Source: an uncultured Planctomycetota bacterium
GTDB taxonomy: Bacteria; Planctomycetota; Planctomycetia; Isosphaerales; Isosphaeraceae
Length of the DNA: 64,000 nt
Direction: 5' to 3'
NCBI GenBank assembly: GCA_963823665.1
Contig: CAWGMQ010000005.1
Span: forward strand, 544,001 to 608,000
Below the pieces are notes generated by a model. It ran no database searches. It was given only the letters and a program-made list of their open reading frames with translations, and was not told where the DNA came from. Positions 42,853 through 53,212 of the stretch are shown one piece after another. A program made the translations under genes and the position numbers. Every line of letters begins with the position of its first letter. The stretch's first letter is position 1.

Positions 42853-44506
42853 CCGTCCTCGGTCAGGGGCTGCTGGGGCCGCTCGGAACGGGGATTTCCG
42901 ATGGCGAGGCTTCCCCAGAGATCGACACGACGGGGCCTCGTGGCAGAGCGCGGCGCGGTTGCAACATCTCCCCGGCGTGTGGCCCCGACGGGCCGTTCCT
43001 TGTAGTACACGTACGGCACCACCGACAGGCCGACGAACAACGGGGCCTTCTCCGGATCGTAGTCGGTCAGCTCGACGCGTACGGGCAGCCGCTGGACGAT
43101 CTTCACGAAGTTGCCGGTGGCGTTCTGCGGCGGGAGCAGGGCGATGGTTTGACCGGTCCCCATGGTGAAGCCGGTGATGCGGCCCTCGTATTCACGCCGG
43201 CTCCCGTACATGTCCACCTCGCAGCGCACGCGATGGCCGATGCGCAGGTCCCCGAGCTGCGTCTCCTTGAAATTGGCATCGATCCAGATCTCCGTGAGCG
43301 ACCGGACCGCCATGACGCTTTGCCCCGCCTGGACGTTATTGCCGGGGTTGACGTTGCGCCGGGTCACCATGCCATCGATCTCGCTGGCGACGTCGCAATA
43401 GCGGAGGTCCAGCTCCGCCCGGGCGAGGTCGCGCCGGGTCTGGAGGAGCCTGGCCTCGGCCTGCCGGACCGCCGGTGCCTGCGGCACGATCCGCTCCATG
43501 ATCCGGTCGATGTTCCCCTCCTTGTCGCGGCGGGCGAATTCCTCGAGGGCTTGCCGGGGCGTCTGGGACGAAGAGGTGAGTGGGAGACCGACAGTGCCAG
43601 GCTCTGGACCAGCTCGGCCAGCGCCTCGCGGACCCCGGAGAAGGTCTGGTTGAGATCGACGGGGACTTCCGCCAGGTCTCCCGTCTCGGGGCGCGCGGCG
43701 AGGCCGAGGGCGACCCGCGCTTCATAGACGTCCTCGAGCGCCTGCTTGGCCCCGGCTGCGGCCGTCCGTTCAGCCTCGACGCGCTGGTCGAAATCCTCGC
43801 GGGAGAGCGCGTTGCGGCTGAAGACGCCCTTGGCGCGGGCGAAGTCGGCCCTGGCGCGTTCGAGGGTCGCCTCCTTGCTCCGCAGGGCCGCGACCCGGGC
43901 CCGGAGCTGTGCGACCGTGTCGTCGACGTCCTCCATCGCCCTCTGGAGCTTCCACCGCTGGCTCCGGGCCAGCGCCAGGGTGCCGCGGACCTGGGACCGG
44001 GCGACCTCCAGGTCGGCCTCGCCGTTGATCACGGCCGCCTTCTTGACGTCGACCTGGACCTGGTAGGGCTCCTTGTCGAGCTGGACGAGGAGGTCCCCCT
44101 TTCGCACGCGGTAGTTGTCATCAACCAGGACGCGGCTCACCAGGCCTGCGACCCGCGGGGCCACGAGCGTGACGTGGCCGTTGACGTACGCGTCATCGGT
44201 GGAAACCGTGTTCAGCACGGTCTCCACGTAGGGGATCAAGAAGTACCCGCCGGCCGCGAGGCTGACCACGATCCCCGCCCGCAGCAGCCATTTGCGCCAC
44301 GGGCGTGCCGGCGCGGGAGCCGCGGACGGTGGGGTGTCCAAGGCGTGATCAGCCGCCGCGTCCGCGGCCTGGTGATCCGACCGGCGGTCGCAACCGCTTG
44401 TGGCGGGCGTGGGGCGTCTCGCGCTTCCGCTGCCGCGGCGACACCCGTCGGCGCTGCGTCGTCTGCGGGTTTTGAACAGCCCGTCATATGTGCTCGCCAT
44501 TGTCAT
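42849..44506 (-). CDS. EmrA/HlyD adaptor, copy 2; indel near 43575
   Basis: STDDAYVNGH in 43364..44575; NATGNFVKIVQRLPV in 42849..43499. Confidence 0.88.
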
Positions 44507-44611
44507 GTTCTCTCTGCTGCGGTGGTCCGAATCGCATCGATCGCTGTACCGCCTGAGCGTTCTCATCCATGGCAAGGCCGAAGAATCACGGCGCCCGATC
44601 CGCGTTCGATT

Positions 44612-45220
44612 TCACGAGGTTCCCCGACGCATCCGATGCGAGGGGGTGCTGAGGATTACGGAGCCGAATTGGAGCGGATCGGCGGGCCTCTCGCCCGGAT
44701 CCGACCCGGCCGGCCCGCCGGGCGCCTTCGCCCGTACGCCACCCGGAGCCGTCACCGGCACGCCGCCCCGATAGACCTGTTCCGGCGGCAAGGCGGCGGA
44801 CTTGTCGCCACACACACGGCCGATCGAGGGCGCGGCATTGAGCGCGTCATTGGCGACGGTGTTTCGCGTGACCGCTGGGATGACGGGAGCGCTCGCGTCT
44901 TCGGCGCCCGAACCCACGCTGATCGTCACGGCGGCTCCCGCACTCGACCCGGCCGGCGGCGTCGAGACCGGGCCGCCGCCGCCGGCACTACTCGCCGGCA
45001 GCAGGCTGGAGACGCCTCTCGTCATGGCGGCCGGCGTGAGGAAGCCGGGGCCGCCCGACTGGCCGAAGGGATCGGCCTCCGTGATCGGGAAGGGACTCAG
45101 CAGGAGGACGTAGCCGCCGGTCGTCTGCACGATGCCACCCGGGTTGGGGGTCACCGGCAGGAGACGATCCTCGAGTTCGCAGGCCCGCAGGTCCGGACAG
45201 TACTTCAAGTGCGCGTTCAT
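44612..45220 (-). CDS. Small planctomycete protein with ELEDRLLP leader motif, Gly/Pro/Ser-rich
   Basis: CELEDRLLP near the N-terminus; ATGA-coupled to the upstream gene. Confidence 0.55.
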   Translation of the reverse strand: MNAHLKYCPDLRACELEDRLLPVTPNPGGIVQTTGGYVLLLSPFPITEADPFGQSGGPGFLTPAAMTRGVSSLLPASSAGGGGPVSTPPAGSSAGAAVTISVGSGAEDASAPVIPAVTRNTVANDALNAAPSIGRVCGDKSAALPPEQVYRGGVPVTAPGGVRAKAPGGPAGSDPGERPADPLQFGSVILSTPSHRMRRGTS

Positions 45221-45503
45221 CGTCTCGTCTCCAGAAAGCACGCAGTGAGACCCGGGGAGTCGCGCACCTTGATCTCATTGGCGGTGATTGGCGTGCGAGT
45301 CATGGCCATGAGCGCGCATGCTGCGCCAATTGCCTCTCATGGTGGGACCGAGTATTTCCACTCAGGACGAGACCGGCGTCGCGGATCGACAGCCGGAAAT
45401 CGCGGAGCCGCCCCCCCAACCGCAGGCTGACCAACTCTTCGAGCTCGGCCAGCGTCTCAGGCGTCAAGTTGCCGGGTCCGCCAGCATCGGGTTCGCGATT
45501 CAT
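45217..45503 (-). CDS. Small BON-like domain protein; 2-base indel near 45315
   Basis: GRLRDFRLSIRDAGLVLSGNTRSHHERQLAQHA continues as LMAMTRTPITANEIKV... if one GC is removed; that stop overlaps the next ATG. Confidence 0.55.
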
Positions 45504-45533
45504 GGCTGTACCTCCGAGATCGGATTGTCGGAA

Positions 45534-46370
45534 TCAGGCGCTCAGGAACAGCTTGGCGTGCTTCAAGAAGACCTCTGCATGTTGATACTGAGCGCCGTGG
45601 TTTGAGTCGGGATACATGATGAGCTGCGCATCCGGCAGGTGCTCCGCCAGGATGAACGCGTTGATCGGCAGCACCACAATGTCCTTGGTGCCGTGCACGA
45701 CGAGGGTCGGGTGCTTGATGTTCCTGAGTGTGGCGTATCGGTTACTCGACGGCACCGCCCCCCATTCTCGAATTGCGTGCAGTTGCGCCTCGGCCGTCCT
45801 CGGCGAGACGGGCCGGTCGCGGTCGGTGGTCCGCGCCGCTAAGCGATTCAGGTACGCCCGCCCGGCTGCCTGGCTCGCGTCGGTAGGCGAGAAAAACGCG
45901 GCGAGTAAGAATTGCTCCGGGTCGGCCCGCTCGTCGGACGACAGCTCCGTGAACGTCATGCCTTCCCCGCCCCGCGGGCCGGTCCCAAGCAGAATGATTC
46001 GGTTCACGCGGCCGGGATGGTCGAGCGCCATCTGCTGGGCGATCATACCGCCGAGAGAAAAGCCCACGACATTAAAGCTCTTCAAGCCCAAGGCGTTGCA
46101 AAACGCCAGGGCGTCCCGGGTCATCGCCGAGACTGTGCTCGGCGTTTCGCCGCCGGAGCTCGCGACCCCAGCGTTGTCGAACAGGATGACGTCGTACTCG
46201 GCGGCGAGGCCGTCGGTGACCTGAGGGTCCCAGTCGTCCAGGTTTCCGCTGAAGTAATTCAGGAAGACGAGCGGGACCGCTTGTTGCTTCCCCCAACGCC
46301 GGTAGGCGAACCGAATACGCTCCATCTCGACGTACCGCGTCGATGCAGTTGATGACGTTTCGCTGGTCAT
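45534..46370 (-). CDS. Alpha/beta hydrolase, full-length paralog
   Basis: FAYRRWG, GFSLGG, VHGTKD, YPDSNHG. Confidence 0.9.
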   Translation of the reverse strand: MTSETSSTASTRYVEMERIRFAYRRWGKQQAVPLVFLNYFSGNLDDWDPQVTDGLAAEYDVILFDNAGVASSGGETPSTVSAMTRDALAFCNALGLKSFNVVGFSLGGMIAQQMALDHPGRVNRIILLGTGPRGGEGMTFTELSSDERADPEQFLLAAFFSPTDASQAAGRAYLNRLAARTTDRDRPVSPRTAEAQLHAIREWGAVPSSNRYATLRNIKHPTLVVHGTKDIVVLPINAFILAEHLPDAQLIMYPDSNHGAQYQHAEVFLKHAKLFLSA

Positions 46371-46390
46371 GTCAGGATCTCGCCCTTCGA

Positions 46391-46663
46391 TCACTCCGCG
46401 AACGGAGACGCGTTGATCAGGTCGCAGAAATTGGGGGCCTTGTAACCGGCGACATGCCGCTCCCCGATCCCGGCCAGGAAGTTTCCGGCCGCCGTCTCCG
46501 GCTTTCGAACGACAATCTCGGCCGTGGCGTCCCGGGCCAGCTTGCTGTCCGGCAACGCGACCCCCGCCACCTCCCTGGGGATGGGCCACGTCTCCGGGGC
46601 TGCCTGGAGAACATCGCGCCGCCCCGCCCTCTGAACAGCGGCCTCATCATCTCTCGTCGCCAT
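46391..46663 (-). pseudogene. HD-domain protein remnant: N- and C-termini joined, core missing
   Basis: VAGVALPDSKLARDAT directly fused to RKPETAAGNF...NFCDLINASPF, resembling the two ends of cyanamide-hydratase-like HD proteins; no HD motif. Confidence 0.6.
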
Positions 46664-46686
46664 GGTCGGCCCTCGATTGGATGAGC

Positions 46687-48081
46687 TCAGTACTCAAACC
46701 ACATTTTCAACGCCTTGATTTTCTCTGCGGTGTACGGCGGGAAGAGATGATCGATGGCCACATCGGGCGGCGAGATGAGCATCGACTTGGCATGGGTCAA
46801 CATGTCGAAGCCGGACTTCCCGTAATAGTGCCCCATTCCCGCCGACCCCACGCCCCCGAATGGCATCGATTCCACGTACAGGTGGATGTTTACCTGGTTG
46901 ACTGCGCCGCCGCCGAAAGAGAGTTCACCGACGAAGCGATCGATCGCGCTCTGGTCGCGGCTAAAGATGAAGGCCGCCAGCGGCTGCGGGGCGGCGGCAA
47001 TTCTGCTGAATGCCTCATCAAGCGTTCGGTACGTCAGAACAGGGAGGATCGGGCCGAAGACCTCTTCTTCCATGATCCGGTCGTCCCAGCTCACCGGATA
47101 GACGATCGTCGGGTCAAGGTACCGGTCTTCCGGGTCGGACCGGCCGCCGATGACCACCTTCGCCGGATCGATGAGGCCAGCGAGTCGCGAGGCCTCACGG
47201 GCACCGATGATGCGCGAATAATCGGGATTGACCTTCGGATCCTCACCGTAAAGGGCGACAACGGCCGCCTTCGCCTCCGCCACGAAGTCCTCGGCCACCG
47301 ACTCGTGCACGTAGGCGTAGCCGGGTGACGTGCACCATTGCCCGCCCCACGCCATCGCGCCCCAGACGATCTTCTTGGCTGCGTCCGGGACGTTGGCGGT
47401 TTCGTCGACGAGTGCGGGATTCTGCCCACCGAGCTCGAGCAGGACCGGCGTCAGATTCTCGGCCGCAGCCCGTGCGATCACCTTTCCGGTGCTCGTGCTG
47501 CCTGTAAAGAAAATGAAATCGAAGGGAAGCTTGAGAAGCTCCGTAACCTCTTCGCGATGACCGGTCACTGCGGCGACGGCGTCCGGCTCGAAATACTTCG
47601 GCACCAGATCGAGCAATAACGCGGACGTTGAATGTAGCTTCTCGCTCAGCTTGAGCACGCAGCAGTTGCCCGCCGCGAGCGCCGCGAGCGCAGGACGGAG
47701 CAGTAACAGGAGTGGGCCGTTGAAGGGGCCGATAATCAGGGCCACGCCGTACGGATCGCGATAGACGATGCCGCGATGCCCGGTGGCCGCGAGCGCCCGC
47801 GGCACTGGCGCCTCGGTCGGCGCCATCCAGTCCTTGAGCTGGCTCTTCTGGAACTCGACCTCGCCGAGGCACGCGAGCGACTCGAAGACCTGCTCCTGGC
47901 TGGCCGTCTTGAAATCCTGCGCGATCGCGCGCTGGAGTCTCGCCTCGTTCTCGCCGACGAGCCTGGCCATGCGGTCGAGCTGTTCGATTCGCCACGCGTA
48001 GCTCCGCGTGACGCCCGTCGCGAAATTTCGCTTCTGTCTCTCGAACAAACTCAGGAACGGATTCATGTCTGTGGTCGTCAT
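46687..48081 (-). CDS. Aldehyde dehydrogenase (ALDH3/CalB-like)
   Basis: IGPFNGP, FFTGS, LELGG, GGQWCTSP, EEVFGP, PFGGVGSAGMGHY. Confidence 0.93.
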   Translation of the reverse strand: MTTTDMNPFLSLFERQKRNFATGVTRSYAWRIEQLDRMARLVGENEARLQRAIAQDFKTASQEQVFESLACLGEVEFQKSQLKDWMAPTEAPVPRALAATGHRGIVYRDPYGVALIIGPFNGPLLLLLRPALAALAAGNCCVLKLSEKLHSTSALLLDLVPKYFEPDAVAAVTGHREEVTELLKLPFDFIFFTGSTSTGKVIARAAAENLTPVLLELGGQNPALVDETANVPDAAKKIVWGAMAWGGQWCTSPGYAYVHESVAEDFVAEAKAAVVALYGEDPKVNPDYSRIIGAREASRLAGLIDPAKVVIGGRSDPEDRYLDPTIVYPVSWDDRIMEEEVFGPILPVLTYRTLDEAFSRIAAAPQPLAAFIFSRDQSAIDRFVGELSFGGGAVNQVNIHLYVESMPFGGVGSAGMGHYYGKSGFDMLTHAKSMLISPPDVAIDHLFPPYTAEKIKALKMWFEY

Positions 48082-48218
48082 CGCCGGCTCCTTCGGCTTG
48101 AGCACGTGCTCCTCGGCCCTGGGGGCATATCGCACCGGACGGTTGCCCCGGCCATGGATCGGCTCCCCTTGTTGCCCGCTGCTTCGGAACGCGCTCGCTC
48201 TTTGCCCGTTCGAAGTAC

Positions 48219-48238
48219 TGAGAGTGGCGGGGGGACAC
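48219..48238 (-). promoter_or_regulatory. Motif GTGTCCCC-N5-ACTCTCA, copy 3
   Basis: Minus strand GTGTCCCCCCGCCACTCTCA, about 140 bp upstream of the ALDH start. Confidence 0.65.
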
Positions 48239-48307
48239 CCTGCGGGATCTTCAGCTCCGGGACTACTCCGGGAGAGCTCTGCCACTCTCATAGCCTGTTT
48301 GGCCATG

Positions 48308-51300
48308 TCACTGCGCCTTGATTTGCCGGGCGCGCTTGAGAGTCTCCTCGACGTCGCTCCAGAGTGCGAGGCATTCCGCGCGTTCGGAGGGAGGCAGTTT
48401 GTCGATCGCAGTCCGCTCGCGAATCCCAATCAAGTCCGGTTCTTTCCCCCAATGTATCAACATGCTCCTGGCGAGATCACCTTCCGCGCGACGATTGCTC
48501 TCAAGCATCGTCGTCCACACCGGCAGGTCGGTCCGGAGCCATTCTCGCCCCTGATGGCGCCAGTGCGCCCGCTCCGTCTCGGCTAGCACGCTCCCGTCGC
48601 TGCCGAGTCCGCAACCTGCCAGTACCGCGCAGCGCGCGGCGTGGTAGCGGCACGCCGAGTTGAACACCTCGACCCGATCGAACGGGGGTTCAGGTCCGCG
48701 TGTTGCTCGAAAAACACAGTCCGCGTGCAAAAGAACGGCGAGCTGTGGGTCGGCCGCAAACGCGCCGGCGTACAGCCCAGCCGCAGTGACATAGCGGCGT
48801 TGGAAGACGCATATGCCCAGCAGCGCAAGCCGCTCGTCGTTGTCCTGCGGTTGGTGTTTTCCCTCGAGAAAAGCCGGCAGGTTCGGCAGGATCATGCTCT
48901 CTGCCTCGCGGCGCAGAATGTGGCTGATCCATACCGCGACCTGGTCCTGCTGGAATGACATGCGGAACGGATTCCAGTCAAACGCCCGGACGGCCTGCCC
49001 CATGGATTTGCGAGATTCCTTCCGTGAGCCCGATTGAAACTGGGCCATGGCCAGAGCCAGTCGCGGCCCGGCGCGCTGGGGGAGCCTTTCCGCCGCCTCC
49101 TGCAACAAGGGAATTGCCTGTAGTGGCCTGCCCGCACGATACTCCGCCAGCCCCTTGACGAACCGGAGATAAGGATTGCCAGGCTCAGGGGATTTTTCGC
49201 CAGCGGCGACGGCCCTGTCCGCCAAAAGAACGGCGCGCCGTAGCTCGTCGTCCGAGACCGGCAACAGCAGACAGGCCAGGCTGGTGCGCTCGGCGAGGAT
49301 CCAATCGTCGGAAGTCTCTCCGAATCGGTCCAGGAGCGCCTTGCGGGCGCGACGGTACGCGCCTTCATTTCCCAGGAACAGGCACAGTTGAGCATAGCCA
49401 TACCAGTCGCTGGGATTCCGTGGGTCGTATTCGAGCCTTTTCTCCCACGCGTCGCGGGCCTCCGTCAGGCCGTCTCGGGGAGTGATCACCCTCGCGAATT
49501 CCTGCACGGTGGGCGAATTGGGGTTCAGCGCAATGGCCCTCCGATAAGCGACGATGGCCGCATCCACATCACCGGTGGCGCCCAGTGCGTTGCCGAGCAT
49601 CCGATAGCCCTGGTCGCTGCTGGGGCGCACGGCGATTGCCGCGCGAAAGTATCCCGCGGCCAGTTGCGGGCGAGCCGGCTCTGCCTTGATCCAGTACTGA
49701 CCGAGCAGGTAATTGATCCAGAAATCCTCGGGATGACGCTGCTGGGCCTCGTTCAAGAGCGCCAGGGTTTCCTCGGTGTAATGACCTCCGACCAAGGCGC
49801 CGCCAAGCGCGGCGAGGATCACGGGCGCCTGGTCCGCCGCCTCCGGGGTGATCGCCAGCGTCTTCAGCTTGGTCGAGTCACGGGCCGCTAATGCATCCCG
49901 GAATGCTCGGCGCCATTCATCATCGTCCGCCAGGTCGACGATGGCACGCAGTTTGTAGCGGTTGGCATCCGATACCCAGAATAGCCAATCGTGCAGGAAC
50001 GCCAGCAGAGTTTCGTGGATTGCCGAATCTCGCAATCGGGCCGCCGCCTGCTGCGGGTGCCATCGACAGAGTGATCCCATACTTCTGGAACGCCTCGGCA
50101 TACATTCCTTCGGGAGAGAGCGGACCCGTTCCGGGACCGTTCGCCCCTTCGGACAGTCGCAGGCGGATGTCTTCGAGCTGTGCGACCATGTCCGCATCGT
50201 CGTGCGCTCGGCGCAGCCGCTCTCGCAACTGAGCGGGCGCCCTGCTGCTCAGCAGGCTCGGAGTTCCTTCCAGAGCCGCCCGCACCTCCGGCCAGCGGCC
50301 CTGCGCCTGCAACATGGCCGCATAGTCCAGCCGGGCCTCCACAACTCGCCAGGCCCGCTCCTCCTGGATCGCCATCTCCGCGCGTCGTTCAGCCCGTTGC
50401 CGCACCAGCCAGAAAGCGCCGCAAAGGGCCAGCCCAACTACCGCCAGGAGCGCCGCCTCCGCCGGCTTGCGGCGGCTCCATCGCAAGAGCCGCGCGCTCC
50501 TGCCCAGCCGCCTGGCGAGGATCGGTCGTCCCTCGCCGAAGCGCCTCAGATCGCCGGCCAGTTCCGCCGCGGTCGCGTAGCGGCGCTCCGGCTCCTTGTT
50601 CAGACACTTCAGGCAAACGGTCTCCAGGTCGCGCGGTACCTTCGCATTCAACTGCGAGGGAGCAGCCGGGTCCTGGTTGATCAGTTGCGACACGGTCTCC
50701 GCCGCGGTCTCCGCCCGGAATGGCGGCCGGCCGGTTAACAACTCGTAGAGAACGGCCCCCAAGGCGTAAACGTCCGTCGCAGGCCCGATCGCGGCCCTTC
50801 GGCCCTGGGCCTGCTCGGGGGCCATGTAGCTCGGTGTACCCATCGCGGTGCCGCTCTGCGTGAGCCCACCGCCGTCTTGCAGTCTTCGGGCCAAACCGAA
50901 ATCCGAAATCTTGGGCGCACCGCCCGCGGTGAGCAGGATGTTGGCCGGCGTGAGATCACGATGGATGACTCCACTTTCGTGAGCGACCTGGATGGCCTCG
51001 GCGATCGTAGCGACCAGCGCGGCCGCCTGGCCGGCTGGCTGGGGCGTGCCCGCAAGCTTCTGGGCCAGGTTGCCGCCCTCGACGAATTCCATCGTGAAGT
51101 ATGGCCGGCCATCAACGTCACCGACGTCGTGGACCTGGACGATATTCGCGTGCCGCAGTCCAGCTACGGCTTCCGCTTCGCGCAAGAACCGCTCCAGCTC
51201 CGCCGGCCGCGCGTAGGCGCCCGCGAGCAGCATTTTCAGGGCGACGGGACGGTTCAAGCGGAAGTGCCACGCCTTGTAGACGACACCCATGCCGCCGCGG

Positions 51301-51554
51301 CCCAGAACCCCCTGCACTTCATAGCCCCGGATTCGCGGCAGGACGGTGGTCTGCATACTGGATGGCCCGGACCCGTCTGAAGAGCTGGACTCGGGAAACC
51401 ACGCGTCCAACTGAGCGTCACACGCATGCAGACGCTGCCAGCGTTCGATCAACTCCGGCAGCAACTCCGGGGAATGACGACACACTTCTTCCGGCGTAGC
51501 CCCCGATTCCAGCAGCTCTTCGAGCAGCTCTTGAACGCGCGGATCACTGGCCAT
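48308..51554 (-). CDS. Ser/Thr protein kinase with TM segment and TPR-rich C-terminus; indel near 50060
   Basis: LGRGGMGVV, VALKM, HRDLTPAN, DFG, YMAPE. TPR part (HPEDFWINYLLG, AIVAYRRAIALNP, RYHAARCA) in 48308..50197. Confidence 0.88.
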
Positions 51555-51559
51555 CGGGT

Positions 51560-51757
51560 CTCTCCCAGGCCGCACCAAGCCGAAGACTCCCCGCTTGTGT
51601 TCCGGCAGGTTGTCGACGGCGTCCCGCTTGCGTCGGCCTTCCGGAGTGATTCCGGAACCGCTGCTCGACGACCCCAGAATGAATCCATCGCGCAGTGACA
51701 CCGCAGCGGGCTACTTGTCTAAGAGGCGGGGCAGGTCATTCGAGTTGCCAGCTCATT
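51560..51757 (-). pseudogene. Remnant of a second ECF sigma factor (middle part only)
   Basis: SSSGSGITPEGRRKRDAVDNLPEHKRGVFGLVR matches ASSGSGISADGRRMLDAIDKLPDEEREVFGLVR; 51721-51757 resembles 40775-40810. The N-terminal half and the HTH are absent. Confidence 0.85.
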
Positions 51758-51761
51758 TCTC

Positions 51762-51781
51762 GTGTCCCCATCCCACTCTCA
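51762..51781 (+). promoter_or_regulatory. Motif GTGTCCCC-N5-ACTCTCA, copy 2
   Basis: GTGTCCCCATCCCACTCTCA, 25-45 bp upstream of the SDR start. Confidence 0.65.
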
Positions 51782-51824
51782 ACTTGAGCGGCCAAGGAGA
51801 ATAGCAATGTCGAAGGAGAGTGAA

Positions 51825-52574
51825 ATGAAACTGACAGGCAATACAATCTTCATCACGGGCGGCGGTTCAGGCATTGGACGTGGATTGGCTGAAGCGCTGC
51901 ATAAGCGCGGCAACCAAATCATCATTTCGGGACGCCGCAACGCCAAGCTTGCGGAAGTAACGAAGGCCAATCCCGGCATGCAATCAATAGAACTTAATGT
52001 CGAAGACCCCGCCAGCATCGCGGCGACCGCGAAGGAACTTGTAACAAAATATCCCAAACTGAACGTATTGTTCAACAACGCGGGCATCATGCATATCGAC
52101 GATTTAGCTGGTCCGGTCGATGACGCCATGGCCATAGCGACCGTCACCACCAACCTGCTCGGGCCTATACGCATGACCTCGGCGCTCATCGAACATCTCA
52201 AAAAGCAAAAAACGGCGACCATCATCAACACAGGGTCGGTGCTGGGCTTCGTGCCGCTGGCGATGGCTGGTGTTTACTCCTCGACCAAGGCGGCCATGCA
52301 CTCCTATTCGCAGTCACTGCGTTACAGGCTCGAAGGCACCTCGGTCAGAGTACAGGAAATCGCACCGCCGTGGGTGCAGACCGATTTGCTCAACAGCAAT
52401 GATGAACCGCGCGCGATGCCTTTGCCGGCCTTCATCGAGGAAACGATGAAGGCGCTCGCGACGGATGCCAATGAGGTTCTGGTCGAACTCGCCAGGCCGC
52501 TACGCAACAATCCAGGCCCGAATGAAGCGGCTTTCGTGAAGCAATTCAATGATATGATGGCACAATCACAGTGA
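51825..52574 (+). CDS. Short-chain dehydrogenase/reductase (DltE-like)
   Basis: ITGGGSGIG, NNAG, YSSTK, IAPPWVQT. Alternative start 51807. Confidence 0.92.
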   Translation: MKLTGNTIFITGGGSGIGRGLAEALHKRGNQIIISGRRNAKLAEVTKANPGMQSIELNVEDPASIAATAKELVTKYPKLNVLFNNAGIMHIDDLAGPVDDAMAIATVTTNLLGPIRMTSALIEHLKKQKTATIINTGSVLGFVPLAMAGVYSSTKAAMHSYSQSLRYRLEGTSVRVQEIAPPWVQTDLLNSNDEPRAMPLPAFIEETMKALATDANEVLVELARPLRNNPGPNEAAFVKQFNDMMAQSQ

Positions 52575-52632
52575 TCTGGCCGACGAGGAGGAACGTGCGG
52601 AGGCATTGCGCGAACCTGGCTCGGAGATCGTC

Positions 52633-53175
52633 ATGACTGCCCACTCTCATGAAACGGCACCTACGGAATTCATCGAAGCCAATGGCATTCGGTTCGCCTA
52701 TCGCCGATTCGGCGGGGGTGGACGCATCCCCCTTGTTTTCCTACAGTATTTTAGCGCCAACATGGATGCCTGGGATCCCGCGGTGACCAATGGATTTGCC
52801 GCTGATCGCGAGGTCATTCTGTTTAACAATGCCGGCATCGCAAGTTCCCGAGGCGAAACACCGGCTTCTGTGTTGGAGATGATGCGAGATTGTGTGACGT
52901 TTCTTGATGCTCTCGGATTGGAGCAGATCGACGTTCTGGGCTATTCTCTGGGAGGGATGATCGCGCAACAATTGAGCCTTGATCATCCCAACTACGTTAG
53001 ACGCGTCATTGTTCACGGCAATCACGACATTGTGGTCTCGCCGATTAATGCACTGATACTGACGCAACGACTGCCACACGCTCAGCTAATTATCTATCCC
53101 GACTCTGGTCATGGCGCTCCATTTCAGCACGCCGGCCTGTTCCTGAAGCACGCGACAATGTTCTTGAGCGCATAA
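52633..53175 (+). pseudogene. Alpha/beta hydrolase paralog lacking about 98 internal residues (in frame)
   Basis: Colinear with 45534..46370 except at RRVI|VHGNHD (~53010); GYSLGG, D and GHG retained. Confidence 0.75.
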
Positions 53176-53212
53176 GAAAAACGACCTAATCCAATGATCG
53201 GAGGCAGAGCGT

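Noticed and set aside
51555..51701. N-terminal extension of kinase 2 as a real sigma-kinase fusion
   Set aside because: The extension is a partial ECF remnant without an HTH, and the paralog's start context points to ATG 51554.
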